A DNA stretch of 64,000 bases from Hypanus sabinus (GCF_030144855.1 NC_082710.1:142042001-142106000), one strand, 5' to 3'. Counted from the first letter of the stretch, positions 22,971 through 36,374 are shown. Numbers and translations: made by a program. The notes: generated by a model from the letters alone, not told the origin.

Positions 22971-23692
22971 TCGAATCAGAATCACATTTATCATCATTGA
23001 CGTACGTCATGAAATTTGCTGTTTGTGAAATCCTAAAAAATTACTATAAATTACAAATATAATCAGTCCAAAAGATGAATACTAAGATAATGTTCAACTA
23101 TTCAGAAATGTGATAGAAAAAGGGAAGTAGCAGTTCCTAAAAAATTGAGCGTGGGCCTTGAACCTCCTTTCTACATACTTGATAGTCAGCATAGAATGGA
23201 TGGGCAGAATGGTCAAATTCTATGATGAATTGACTCATGACCTTGCTTTCATTTTCTTCAATTTCCATGTATGACTTGCTGTCAAATTGTATCCAAGACG
23301 CTCCTAGGCTATTTTACTGCATTGGACATGATGTATAAGTTCAAGGTTTTTTTGCTGTCATTCTACTCTGGGCTGCTCTCACTTTGTTATCAATGGTAAA
23401 AAGCTGTAACATTGCATGACACTCTCTTTTGTGCTTTGGGTAAATTGGAAATGTTGGCAGCTTGGCCTAGCAAGGTATAGTCCTGTCAGCTTGTTCATTG
23501 CTCCGGGGAGAGACATCTTGTTCTAATTTTAGTTTTATTCAAGAACAAAGGAATCTGCTCCTGGGCTTCAGTGGTAGTTCACCAAACTCCTGCTACAATG
23601 CATATTGTGTTGATCGGGCCAGTCCTACTATGGGCATAACAGGCTCAATGGCCTTCTTCTCTATCACTTAGCATTCTATGACAGTACAATGA

Positions 23693-24110
23693 CCATAGAA
23701 ACATAGAAATCTACAGCACATTATTGGCCCTTTGGCCCACGAGGTCTTGCCAACCATGTAACCTTCTCTTGAAGATGCCTAGAATTTCCCTACTCCATGG
23801 CCCTCTATTTTTCTAAGTCCCATATACCCATCTAAGAGTCTGTTAAAATACCCTATTGTATCCTTGTCTAATACAGCCGCTGGCAGTGCATTCCATGCAC
23901 CTACCAATGGCCAAACCACGTCTTTCGTTTAATAAGGCCACCAGAACTGAACACAATAGTCTAAGCGTGCTCTAAGCAGAGTTTTATAGAGCTGCAACAT
24001 TACTTTGTGGCTCTTGAACTCAACCTCCCCGACTAATGGAGGTCAACACACCGTATGACTTCTTACCACCCTATCAACTTACATGGCAACTTTTGAGGGA
24101 TTTATTGACA
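23693..24110 (-). mobile_element. CR1 3' fragment with internal deletion
   Basis: catagaaacatagaaa tail; ccagaactgaacacaatagtc reads YCVQFW on the minus strand. Confidence 0.8.
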
Positions 24111-25924
24111 CAAGATGCTGTTTTATTTCAGATCTGCAGAGCTTGTTTTTGCAAGATAATTTCTTTGCTTACCCCACAAAGCATCACCCAAGTATGGGTA
24201 TTTTCAGAAAATTTCCTGGAACAATGAATGTGGCCATTTCTTGACAGGAATGGACACATTTGTTCAAACAGTGAGGCATGACTGAAATATAATAGTCCAG
24301 CATACTTATTCCTTGAAGGAACTGCTCAAACTGCCTAGGACCTGTACTTATCTCCTCATATTTATCCAATTTCTTTCTCAATGTTACTATTAAATATGTT
24401 ACTACTCCCTTCTATCAATGGTTTTAAAATTCTCATCTTGCTGGTCCCTTATGCAAGGAATAAAAAGCAAGAAGAGTGGTAACTATGTTCAAAAAGCTAT
24501 GCTGAAGAAAGTGATGATTCAAGTTTAGAACCAGTTCTGAAACAAACAGATTTTATTTATATTATGTTATTGTTTGCCTCAGAAACACAGCAAAGTTGAG
24601 TTAGTAGCCACAGCAGCTCACTAGCAAGGCTAATGGGTGATTCTGTGAATTTGCTAACAGTCTGTTGGTTAATGAATACATTATATGGAAAATATGTTCC
24701 TTCCAAATTACGTGGGAGATTAATCTCAAAATGTCAGTGCAGAAACAGATGTGGAGAACTATTACAGCAGATTCCCAGACCAATCAGCAAAAAATCAGGA
24801 GAAAGCTGCCACACACCTAAAGAGCAAACTCTCTTCCAGTTTAGCCCTCATGAGGACTGGATGTTTTGCATCCAATCAATGAGAACCATGTTGTAAGGAA
24901 ACATAGAAGAGGCTTGACCCAAACACAGAGCAGTGGAGGTGATTTAGCAGTGAGCAATCACTTTAGTAATAAATTGCAAAATGACGATCCATGAGGGGCC
25001 ACAGATTAGGCAGCATTGATGCTTAATAAGACCAGGCAACAAGGTAACTGAAGGTTAGGAACAATTGGTTGAGGTTGACTGGCTCAATGGGTGAACAAAG
25101 ACTGTGGATGAGAGCTGGGTTTAAATAGGTTGCAGGTGATGAATTAGAAACAAGTAGCAAATGATTGTTATTGGTTTAATGAAGACCGTGAGCTGCTTGC
25201 CTATGTGAAATTCCACTTTCTGAAAGGAATCCACAGATGGTTCACAATTCATATCCCACCAGTGCAATCAGATTCTAGATTACTAAATTGGTGACTCTCT
25301 AAATGGATCATTGTTAAAGAAAGAAAACTGTGCATAACATGGGATTAATATCTCCCCTACACCACCCCCAGCACACTCCACACACCTTGTCCTTCAATAT
25401 AAATGTTGAAATCAGCATCTGAAATCTGTAATTTCTCCAGGTCTAACATTTGCTCCACAATGAAATGGGCCAGCATGGCCATTACAGAAAACAAGCATTT
25501 AGTTTTCCCAATAATTTGCTCATTTAACTCAGAATTAATCCTTGACAAGCACATCTGCTGGGCAGTTGCTGCCCAACAAGGTGTGCTGGCAGTCCTGATG
25601 AGGATCCTTTGGTCAAAGCACCAAGACTGGATACAAATCGAGCTGGAGTACATTGATCCAAATATTACCACTATCAACCACACACAGGACAAATGTCCAG
25701 AAGTTACAAGAAATAAAAATGACTTCTGTGGGACACTGAGAATAACATAGATAAAATACCAAAGCAGATTTAAGTGGCTTATTTTCTCCAATTCTTCTGT
25801 ACACATTTACATTTAAATATGAATGTATTAAAAATCTGACCAATGCAAACACAAAGTCTCGGCTCCATTCAGCAAGGTCAGCTCTACTTTCAAGCACATT
25901 CCTGAATATCTTATAATGAAAGAA

Positions 25925-26870
25925 AAACTGAAGTAAAACTAGAAGATACCAGAAACACTCAGCAGGTCAGGTTACACACTGAGAAAAACAGAGTTAAAGT
26001 TTTGGCTTAAAGAGCTTTTGTCTGAAATGGCAAAGAAAGTTAGCGGGTTAATTTAAAGACCAACATTTAAACTTTTTTCCACAATCCAAGTTCCAACAAA
26101 AGATCTTTCATTTGAAACATTAAATCTCTCCTCAGATGCTGCCTGACCTATTGTTTTTCATGTTTACATTTCAGATTTCTAGCATCTTCAGTTTTGATTC
26201 CCAATCTCTCAAAATACAGTGCTGGAGGAACTCAGCAGTATCTATGGAAAAGAGTAAACAGTCCATGTTTCAGGCTGAGACATTCATCAGGACTAGAGGA
26301 AAGAGATGAGGAGTCAGAGGAAGAAGTATAAGGTGGTAGGTGATAGGTGAAACTGGGAGAGGTGGAGAGGTGAAGTAAAGAGCTGAGAAATAGATTGGAC
26401 AAAAAGATAAAGGGCTGGAGAAGGGGGAATCCGATAGGAGAGGAATGGTGAAGGAGAGGGAGAGGGGCAATTACCAGAAGTTTTGAGAAATCAATGTTTA
26501 TGCCATCAGGTTGGAGGCTACCCAAATGGAATATAAGGTGTTGTTCCCCTACCCCCGCCCAAGACAACACAACTGATAGTTCATTCAGTATAAAACTAAA
26601 ACTTAAGACAACTATCACCAAATGAAGGTGAACCAAACCCAACGACTTGTTGACAGAAGAAGCTGCAGACACTAAAGAAAGACGGATCCTGTTAGAGAAG
26701 CTCAGTGCGGTGAGCCGTATCTGTCAGAGGAGGAAGGAACTGTAGATATTTCAGGTAAAGATTTCCTGGCTTATAATGCAGGATCACAACCTGAAATGCC
26801 AACAATTCCTTCTCTCCCAGAGGTGTATTCGACACTCTGAGCTCTTCCACCAGTTTCCTTTCTGCTCAAA
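25925..26870. mobile_element. Cluster of Penelope-like termini and fold-backs
   Basis: Repeated actcagcagg / gatgctgcctgacc arms; 26215-26550 is a minus-strand Penelope 3' end (EQHLIFHLGSLQPDGINIDFS in ORF 26232-26672, GIY-YIG C-terminus). Confidence 0.75.
26259..26295 (-). ncRNA. Decayed minimal hammerhead ribozyme motif in a Penelope terminus
   Basis: Minus strand AGTC-CTGATGA-ATGTCTCAGCCT-GAAACATG-GACT: CUGAUGA and GAAA core boxes and helix I intact, helix II and cleavage triplet mutated. Confidence 0.5.
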
Positions 26871-27374
26871 GCCTTGACCCTCAATCAGAATGTCACCCCT
26901 TTCAGTAGGGGCTCCAGCACACCTGACACCCATTTGTACAAATATGGAACGGGGTTTATTTATAAAATGAACTGGCACTTCTTTAACATAAACCTCATCA
27001 TCTGTGAACCTCTTCATCCACGCTGTACCCAACGATGTAAGAGCTCCTCTGAAGGCCACTCCGAACCTAACAAGTCTATTCAGATAGAGTTCTGTCTGGG
27101 CTTGTACAGACTACCAAAGACACCTCCCTCTGAATAAAGGCATTTCCTCATTTCCTCTCATCTCATCCTGGGTGGCTGGTCTCTACTGTCCATCATATAT
27201 ATATATATCCCACCCTGCTCCTGCCTTCTCTGCAGGCAGACCCTGCTGGCACTGTTAACCTTCCTCAACATGGACAAGAATGAACGGACCCCTTGCTGGT
27301 GATGAATCTGCATTTATTAGGGGTGACATCAAAGAGCCAATAGAGTGCTTACCAGTCCTGGTCACACTGTCCCT

Positions 27375-27682
27375 TGGCTCTCCACTCCACCACCATCCCT
27401 ATCTCCCCTCCCCACCAGCCCCTCAATACCTCCCCCACGACACCCTCAACTGCCCTCTTCCACCACCTTCTCTCTCAAACAATCACCCCACACCTCTCCC
27501 TCTCCACTCCCCATCTCCCCCCACCATCAACCTACCAACTCACCCCTCAACAGCTCCCCCAACACTCCTACCTCCCTCCCTGACTACTTCCTACCTCACC
27601 TCCCCAATCAACCCCTCAACATCTCCCCTACCACCCCATTCCCTCCCCCTTCTCCCACCCCCCCAACACCTTCCAACCCCAA
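27375..27682. repeat. C-rich low-complexity tract (G-rich on the minus strand)
   Basis: Almost no G on the plus strand for ~300 bp; explains the Pro-rich pseudo-ORFs. Confidence 0.9.
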
Positions 27683-28174
27683 ATGATCATTCAATAATTA
27701 CACGGAGATGAATGACCAATGTAGTGTGAAGTGTCTTCATTTTTACATTTTCCCCTTTAAGACTTAGCCAGTGGCTGAAAACAAAAGTCAGCCTCTGTGA
27801 AAGCACCCTCCAAGTTCCTGCCTCGGTGTTACCACAGGATTTCCTTGAGTTCAGTAAAACAGGAACGAAGCAGAAAATACAGACAGGAGCAAGTGCTCTT
27901 GTGAAAACTGCACACCAGCGGAGAAATCAGGGCAACCCCTCAGTAATCAAACACATCAGATTCCAACCCTAATCCCAGATTCAGCCTCGGACCTGAAATG
28001 TCATATTATTGAATTGGGGAAGTAAATGAAAATCTGAATCACGGTGCATCTGTGCATAATTATCTGGTGCTGCTGTTTGCCAACTCCCCACTGGACGGAG
28101 TAATCTCACAAAATCCTCCCCTCTTCTCCTAGCTCCTTCAAACTCATAAAGAACAAGCCAGCATCTCCTTGAGA

Positions 28175-29556
28175 AACATGTGAGATGCTGGTGGAACTCA
28201 ACAGGTGAGGCAGCTTCCATGGAGGAAAATGGACAGTCGACTTTTCAGGTCAAGTCCTTCATCTGGACTGGAAGGTAGAGGGGAGATAGTCAGAATAAAG
28301 AGGTGGAGGGAAGGGATGGGGCAAGAAGTGGCAAATTATAGGTGCATCCAGGTTTGAGGGAGTTGTGGGTGTTGATAGGCAGGTGGCAGTGAAGAGGTTA
28401 TTGGGAATGATGTCATAAGCTGGGAGGTGATTGGTGAAAGGGACAACGGGCTGAAGATGATGCAATCTAATAGGAGAGGAACGTGGAGCATGGAACAAAG
28501 TTGGTGAAGTACGGAAAGGTTTAGTGGACGGTGGACCGATGGAGAAGTGGAAGAGGGGAAAGAGGTCAGTAGTTAGGGGTCAGGTAGATTGGTAAGGAGT
28601 GGAGGAAAGGAAGAGAAAAGGGACAGGTTGGCAGAGGGTGGAGCAGTTACTGGACATTGGAGAATTCAGTGTCTATATCACCAGGTATGTAAGACAATTG
28701 AATGGTCCCCTTTTCCCCACAACCTACTTCATTATGATCCTACTCCTTATTTTCTATCTGTGCTGCGCTTTTTACTACGCTCTATTTTTGTTTTACCTTG
28801 TTCTACTTCAATGCACATGATCTGTAGGAACAGTACACAAGTCGAGCTTTTCACTGTACATGTGACAACAATAAACCAATCCCAGCTGTAGGCTGACTGG
28901 GCGGACTATGAGGCAACCTTCTATTGTTCTGTCAGATCAGCTGTTGCTGATTTGCAAACATGTCCTCTACGCTGTCTAGTTGCCTTCCATCTTGGTTTGC
29001 CGGGTTGGATCCAACTGACTAAACAACAGGATATAACAGTACTAAAGACCTGAAGCAATGCAGACAAAATGCTGGAGGAACTCAGCAGGTCAGACAGTAT
29101 CTATGGAAAAGAGTAAACAGTCAAGCAGGTCAAGGGCTGGAGAAGAAAGAATCTGACAGGAGAGGAGAGTGGACCATGGGAGAAAAGGGAGGAGGAGAAA
29201 ACCCAGGCAGGTGAGAAGGTTAGAATGAAGAATAAAGAATAAGGAAGATTTGCTCAACAGAAGGAGAAATTGATATTCGTGCCATCAGGGTGGAGGGCAT
29301 TTAGGTGAAACAAAAGCCCCTGACGTTACAAGAACACCTGACTTCACCTGTCACATTCCAGCTAGCCTCTTCCCCTCCCCCCAAGCTTTTTATTCTGACA
29401 TCTTCCCCCTTCCTTCTCAGTCCTGAAGAAAAGTCTCCTCCTGAAAGCTCGACTTTTTACTCTTTTCCATAGCCGCTGCCTGGTCTGCTGAGTTCCTCCA
29501 GCATTTTGAGTGTGTGTTGCCTTGGATTTCCAGTATCTGCAGACTTTCTTGTGTTT
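28175..29556. mobile_element. Penelope-like 3' fragments (minus at 28175-28930 and 29055-29315; plus at 29340-29556) with a Rex tail inserted at ~28700-28885
   Basis: atgctggtggaactcaacagg arms, purine-rich UTR, and cagtcctgaagaa...gaaagctcgact at 29418-29454. Confidence 0.72.
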
Positions 29557-30294
29557 TTGACTAAAGACCTGACCCTCAATGCCCATCATTCTTACAACTA
29601 TAATTTGTTACTGTCACATTAGATGCTAGATAAAGCTTTTGTTCACATACTGTCCTGATGATTCCCTATATTAGCAATTTGAGTTTGTAAAATGGGAAAA
29701 GCAATAACAGAACACAAAATATATTGTTACAGTCAGAAGGAAAGTACCGTTCAGGTTGACAAAAAAAAAACTTGGGCCATGATGAGGTCAATTGAAAGAT
29801 CAAGAGCTTATCTTTATTGCTTTGAATCTGGAAGAATGGTGGCTCATCGGCTGAGGTAGGACAGGAGGCGGTGGTTAAGCAAATGATTCTTCATCCCTCT
29901 TTGGTCTAAGTCCATGATACTTCGTACAGTTCTATGTCAATATTGACATATCCCAGAGCCATTCATTCCTCATTATACACCGGGACATGACCACTGCTGG
30001 TGGACATGTCTTGAGGTGATATAATGAGGCAGGCTTTAAAGGGGCTGCCTCACAGCCCCACTGATTTGAGTTCGATCCTCACCTCTGGCATTATCTGTTT
30101 GTGGAATTCGTATGCTCTCTGTGACCACATGTATTTTATGTGTTTGCTCCAGTTCCTTCCTCTATGCCAATAATGCAGGCTGGTAGGTGAATTAGCCATT
30201 GTAACATGCTCCAGTGTGTTGGTGATTGGTAGACTCTGAGAATGATTTGAGAACAAAATGTAGGATTTGTGTAAATAGGTGCCAGATACAAATT

Positions 30295-31485
30295 GCATAT
30301 TTCTATAAATGCATGGAGGAACACATTCTGACTGGTCGCATCACTACCTTTTATGGAGGCTCCAATGCACAGGATTGCAAAAGACTGCGGCAGGTTATAA
30401 ACTCAGCCAGCTCCATCATAAATCTCTTCATCACTGAGGACATCTTCAATAGGCAGTCCCTCCAAAAGGCAGCATCAATCACTAAGGACTCTCACCATCC
30501 CGGGGACATGCCCTCTTCTCATTATTACCATCAAAGAGGAAGTACAAGAGCCTGCAAATCCACAGTTAATTTAGATTAGATTAGATTAGATTCAACTTTA
30601 TTGTCATTGTGCCAAGTACAGATACAAAGCCAATGAAATGCAGTTAGCATCTAACCAGAAATGCAAAGAATAGTGTTATTTACAAAATAACTGCAAATAA
30701 AAAGTAAGTGCCACAGCACACAAATATAAAAGTACTGAGACAGTACAATATGGGTGCAATACTGCTTAGTGCTGTGATGTGAGGTTCAGCAGGGTCACAG
30801 CCTCAGGGAAGAAGCTCTTCCTGTGCCTGCTGGTGTGGGAGTGGAGGCTCCTGTAGCACCTACTGGATGGGAGGAGTGTAAAAACTCCATGGTTAGGGTG
30901 AGATGCATCCTTGATAATGATTTTCGCCCTGTCCAGGCAGTGCTTATGGTAGATGTTCTCAATGGTGGGCCATTGGGTGCCAATAATCCGCCGGGCAGTT
31001 TTCACCACCCGCTGAGGTGCTTTGCGGTCCGATACGGGACAATTGCCGTACCACACTGAGATGCAGTTGGTGAGTATGCTCTCAATGGTACAGTGGCAAA
31101 AGTCCATCAGTATCCTGGGACAGAGGTGAGCTTTCCTAACGCTCCGCAGGAAATAAAGTTGCTAATACGCTTTTTGATCAGGATGTTGGAGTTCAGGGAC
31201 CAGGTGAGATCCTCGGAAATGTGGGCACCAAGGAATTTGAAGCTTGATCCACGCTCCACTACAGCTCCATTGATGTCGATGGGGATGTGATTCCAAAACA
31301 GCTTTTTCTACTCCATCATGGGATTTCTGAACAGCCCATGAACACTCCCTCATTATACCTTATAATTTCACGTTCTATTCATCTGTGATTTATAAATGTT
31401 TTGTGTCTGCACTGTACTGCTGCTGCAAAACAAGAAATTTCACATCCTATGTCAGTGATAATAAATCTTATACTAATTCTGATGC
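30295..31485 (+). mobile_element. Rex1/Babar 3' fragment split by a younger antisense Rex copy
   Basis: FYKCMEEHILTGRITTFYG in ORF 30226-30579; resumes at ~31290 with ttccaaaacagctt and the tail. Confidence 0.75.
30571..31288 (-). mobile_element. Young Rex1/Babar 3' fragment
   Basis: ORF 30766-31107 CTIESILTNCISVWYGNC...HPNHGVFTLLPSSRCYRS...KSFFPEAVTLLN; (tagat)n tail. Confidence 0.9.
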
Positions 31486-31929
31486 TGAAATAGTTAGTAT
31501 TGGATGGGCAGATGGGGCTGTCTCTGTGCAGGATTACACTATGACTTTATGGTGCCGTCCTCAGAATTAAGTAAGTTTGATTGAGCTAGCTGTTAGATTG
31601 CTAAAGCAAAGTGGTCCATCCCAATTTAATCTAATAATTTTCCTATCTGTCTGTCAAACCAGATACAAGAAACAGATTTCCTTCCACGAAGCACAAAGCA
31701 CCTTGCAAAAATTCAAGGTGATTAATTTTGGAAAGGCAAACCTGCATGGCACTTGTACTATGAAAGGTGAGTGTAAAGGAACAGCGGGATCTAGCAGTAC
31801 AAGTGGACAGTTTATTGAATGTTACACGTAGACTGGCTGGTGAATAAGGCATTTGGCGTAGGGCCTCCATCAGTCAGGGCCACAGAGTATCAGAGTTGGG
31901 ATATATTGTTGTAATATATACAGTCATAA

Positions 31930-33385
31930 GCCATAGAAAGCACCCGGTCCAGATGGGGTACCTGGCCAAGTACTAAAGATGTGTTAATCAACTGGCTGGA
32001 GTGTTCACTGAGATCTTTAACCTCGTATTTCAGCAGTCTGAGGTACCCATATGCTTCAAGCAGGCTTCAGTTATACCTAACCTTCTGCAATGACTATCAT
32101 CCAGGAGCACTTACATCCACAGTGATGAAGTGTTTTGAGAGGTTGGTGATGAAACACATCAACTCCTGCCTGAGAAGCGGCTTGGATCCGCTCCAGTTTG
32201 CCGACGAGAGCAACAGATCCACAACAGATGCCATCTCATTGGCAATTCACTCAACCCTGTGACATCTGGACAGCAAAGATACATACATCAGGATGCTCTT
32301 TATTGATTACAGCTCAGTATTCAATACCAACTTCCCTGAAGCTTCAAAACCTTGGCCTCAATATCTCCATGTGCAATTGGATCCTTGATTTCCTCAACAC
32401 ACACAAAATGCTGGTGGAACACAGCAGGCCAGGCAGCATCTATAAGGAGAAGCACTGTCAACGTTTTGGGCCGAGACTTTTCGTCAGGACTCAGTAATGA
32501 TGAATCAGCATATTGAAAATCTGGCTGAATGGTGCCAAAACTGCAACCTCTTACTCAATATTAGCAAGACCAAGGAGCTGATTATTGACTTCAAGAGAAA
32601 GAAACCAGAATTCCATGAGCCAAATCAGAGATGGAAACAGTCAACTTTAAATTCCTCGCTGTTCCTGTCCCGGGCACACAAAAGAGCAATTATGAAGAAC
32701 GCAATGCGGCACCTCCTTAGATGTTAGGCATTTTTGAAGATTCTACATGACATCTAAAACTGTACAAACCTCAATAGATGTCAGGTGGGGAGTATATTGA
32801 CTGGCTGCATCACAGCTTGGTATGAGAACACCAATACCCTTGAATAGAAAATCCTACAAGAACTACTGGAATTGGCCCAGTCCATCATGGGTAAATCCCT
32901 CCCCACCATTGAGCACATGAAAACAACAGGAAAGCAACATCCATCATCAGGGACTCCCACCACCCATGATATGCTCTCTTATTACAGCTGCCACCTAGAA
33001 GAAAGTACTCTTAGTACCAGATTCAAGAACAGTTATTACCCCTCAACCATCAGGCACTTGAACCAAAGGGGTTAACTTCACTCTGTATTACTTGCTCCAT
33101 CATTGAAATATTCCCACAACCTATGGACTCACCTTCAAAGACTCCTCATCTCATGTTCTCAATATTTATTGCTTACTAATTTATTATTATTATTTCTTTC
33201 TTTTTCTACTTGCACTTTGTTGTCTTTTGCACACTGGTTGAATGTCCAAGTTGGTGAGGTCTTCCATTGATTCTATTATATTTATTATTCTATTATGGAT
33301 TTATTGAGTATGCCTGCAAGAAAATGAATCTCTGGATTGTATATGGCGACATATATGTACTTTGATAATACACTTACTTTAAACT
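31930..33385 (+). mobile_element. Rex1/Babar RT fragment with deletions
   Basis: [25 protein letters not shown]...DPLQFA (ORF 31981), MCNWILDFL; a Penelope piece is inserted at ~32395-32492. Confidence 0.88.
32456..32492 (-). ncRNA. Decayed minimal hammerhead ribozyme motif in a Penelope terminus
   Basis: Minus strand GTC-CTGACGA-AAAGTCTCGGCCC-AAA-ACGT-T-GAC; GAA box and cleavage C altered at CpG positions. Confidence 0.45.
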
Positions 33386-34744
33386 TTGATGACACCACAT
33401 TTGGAGTGCTTTGCAGTGTCTTGGTCACCGTGCTAAAGGAAAACATGATTAGGTTTATGAGGATGTTGCCAGAACTAGAAGGCCTGAATAACAGAGAGAG
33501 ATTGGCTAGGCTGGCTCTTCATTCCTTGGAGCTTAGGAGAATTAAGGGAGATCTTATGGAGGTTTGTAAATACATGCGAGGCATAGATAAGTTGGATGGT
33601 CACAGACTTTTCCCCAGGGTAGGGACCAGGAAGCATAGATTTACTGTGATTGGGGAAGGATTTAAAACTTTTTCATACAGAGGGTGGTGAGTATATAGAA
33701 CAAGCTGCCAGTGGAAATGGTTGAGCTAAGATACACAGAGGGGTGAGGCTTAGAGGAATATAGACTGAACGCAGGAACATAGGACTGGATGGGTGGGCAT
33801 CATGGTTAGCATCAACTAGTGGGGCCAAAGGGCCTGTATCCATGCAGTATTGCTCTACAACTATGAATCTAATAGCTTCATGCTCACCATTTACTTATGC
33901 TTGACCCTTGTTTTATTTAATTAACTGCATTTAAATTTCACATCTGTTATAGAGGGATTTGAATTCCTGTCATCACATCATTAGCCCAGATATCTGCATT
34001 ACTGCAACAGCCCATCACATCCAAACATGCAGGCCTTAATTAATCCCAGTTACAACACATAGATAATTGTGAGTGTTATTTTTGCTTCAATTTCTTCCTG
34101 ACCTGTGGGGAGTGGAAGGGCAATTTGAGCTGCATTTTGCCTCAGCCATCTCAGTCAGAAGAAAATTTCCTTCAAATAGACGGGTGGGAATTCCAACCTC
34201 TTCACTCGCCCATTGTAAACTAAAAAATCCCTCAAAAAACTAAAAATTCCAAAGCATTTTCCATTTGTGTATGTACTTCACAACTTTTCAATCTATCCGT
34301 ACAATACCAGTCAAAGTCAAATGTATCGTCACAGGCACTAGTACATGTATGCACAGGAGCGATGAAAAACTTGCAGCAGCACTAGATAAAAGACGTTCAA
34401 AGAAAAACCATAAATTAAATTGATGTTTACACAATCTCTACAAGAAAGAACACAATGACAATAAAAATAGAAGTCTATTTTAATGCAAAGTGATCATAGT
34501 TTGATCAGTGATCAATATGACTAACAGTGACATCCTGCAGACAGTTCACAAATCTACTTATTCTTTTCCCTCTTCTTTTAAATATACTTCCACTACTAAT
34601 GTGCATTTGGAGCCTGTCACTTACACTTTGATAATCTGTTTTTGGGTCAGCTGAGCAAGTCAGTGCTTTTGTTATCTCCGAGGGAACTCTGTGTAGTTGA
34701 GAGCGAAGTTTGGAACGGACTATACAGCCTAATAGTGGAGCGTG

Positions 34745-35341
34745 AAATCGTGATCAGCTCCAATTCTCAACCAACCCGCCATTTAAAGCATCGAGCAAGA
34801 CTGAAGTCAATGAGAACGAGAGCAGAAGGTGAGCGGGTGTTCAGCGCCATCTGCCTGTGTTTGACCAGTCTCCCTCTCGCTCTCACTCACTGTTGCTGAA
34901 GGAAGGTGCAGGAGTCTTGGGTCTTGAGCAAGGTTTGATCAGTGCGAATTGTGGATTGGACTCATTTTTAGAGGACTCTGGAGTACATGTTACATGCCCT
35001 TGTGGCTTCTGATTGCTCCTTTTACCACTGCTAGTTTGCACAATTTTGATCAGGGCAGACTGGGTCTGCAGCCTGCAGTCAATGAATGTCACAGCATTGA
35101 ATTGAACTGAACTGAGCTAAGCTGAATAATTCCTAATCTGTTTCAAATAACTGCAGTTTGAGGTTGAATATTCTGTGTGTTGTTCACTTGCTTTTTTGGC
35201 CACTTGCATGATTTATTCTAAATTTTGTGCATTAGGTGTTCTTTGGTGTTTCTTTGTTTGATGACTGTCTATGAGAAGATGAATCTCAGGGTTGTATACT
35301 GTGTACATACTTTGAAGATAAATGTATTTTGAATCTTTGAG
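34745..35341 (+). mobile_element. Non-coding retroposon with a Rex-type 3' tail
   Basis: No ORF; ends gaagatgaatctcagggttgtatactgtgtacatactttga...(ttgaatc), like the Rex tails at ~17570 and ~20445. Confidence 0.6.
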
Positions 35342-35613
35342 ACTGTAGTGACTAGCATTCTGCTGGTTGATTCAAGAAACAAATGATACTGTCCTATTCT
35401 CAAATCAAGTTGTATTTTTTGTCACATGCACAAGAATATTGAGATACAGGTACAATGCAATACTTGATTGCAGCAACATTACTGACATGTCAGTAATGAC
35501 AGAAGACACACAAAATATGAATGATATTAAAATTGTACCATATTGTGGAAAATTGGCTGCACAAAAACAAGACCTGAGTGCAAAACGAACAAAGATGTAA
35601 TCAAAGACAAGTC

Positions 35614-36053
35614 AGACAGACAGACAGACATAATTTATTGATCCCGAGGGAAATTGGGTTTCGTTACAGTCACACCAACGAAGAATAGTGAAGAAGTATA
35701 GCAATATAAAACCATAAATAATTAAATACTAATAGGTTAATCATGCCAAGTGGAAATAAGTCCTGAGCCTATTGGCTCATGGTGTCTGACACTCTGAGGG
35801 AGGAGTTGTAAAGTTTGATGGCCACAGGTAGGAATGACTTCCTATGACGCTCAGTGTTACATCTCGGTGGAATGAGTCTCTGGCTGAATGTACTCCTGTG
35901 CCTAACCAGTACATTATGGAGTGGATGGGAGACATTGTCCAAGATGGCATGCAACTTGGACAGCATCCTCTTTTCAGACACCACCGGCAGAGAGTCCAGT
36001 TCCACCCCCACAACATCACTGGCCTTACAAATGAGTTTGTTGATTCTGTTGGT
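35614..36053 (-). mobile_element. Young Rex1-type LINE 3' fragment inserted in an older Rex tail
   Basis: ORF 35769-36092 RINKLICKASDVVGVELDSL...ILDNVSHPLH...TERHRKSFLPVAIKLYN; (caga)n tail; possible TSD AGTC. Confidence 0.88.
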
Positions 36054-36374
36054 AGTCCCTGGTAGTGCAGGAGGTGGTCTGTACTGTTCCATTACTGGGG
36101 TATGGTTAAAGTTGTAAAGGCTAGTTCAATAACCTGAAGTTTGCAGGAAAGTAGCTGTTCCTGAAACTAGGATTCAGTAACTCTGGCCTGACGGAGGCAG
36201 TGTGAAGGGGCCATGACCTGGATGGTGGGGAATCTTGGCACTCTCATTCAAGATTTCAACTACTGATGTTCACAATTCTATTATTGAATCAAAACTCCTG
36301 CAGGGTGACAATGGTGTTGTTGGAACTAAGGAAGTGCAGTAAGGCAGGCACAACTGGTTACAAATTGGGGCTCG

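Larger units (their letters stand above)
31650..33870 (+). mobile_element. Decayed CR1 3' half, split by a Rex insertion
   Basis: ...cagagtatcagagttgggatatattgttg before 31915 joins accacatttggagtg after 33390; RFMRMLPELEGL..RERL in ORF 33337-33690. Confidence 0.75.

Noticed and set aside
25357-25897. Overlapping 94-149 aa ORFs in unique DNA as a gene
   Set aside because: No recognisable domain or convincing splice structure; overlapping frames on both strands are consistent with chance.
27280-27711. Proline-rich (extensin-like) ORFs
   Set aside because: All three plus frames are open because the tract nearly lacks G; this is a compositional artefact.
29933-29950. Perfect 18-bp palindrome TATGTCAATATTGACATA
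   Set aside because: About 0.25 such palindromes are expected by chance in 64 kb at uniform composition, and more in AT-rich DNA; no supporting context.
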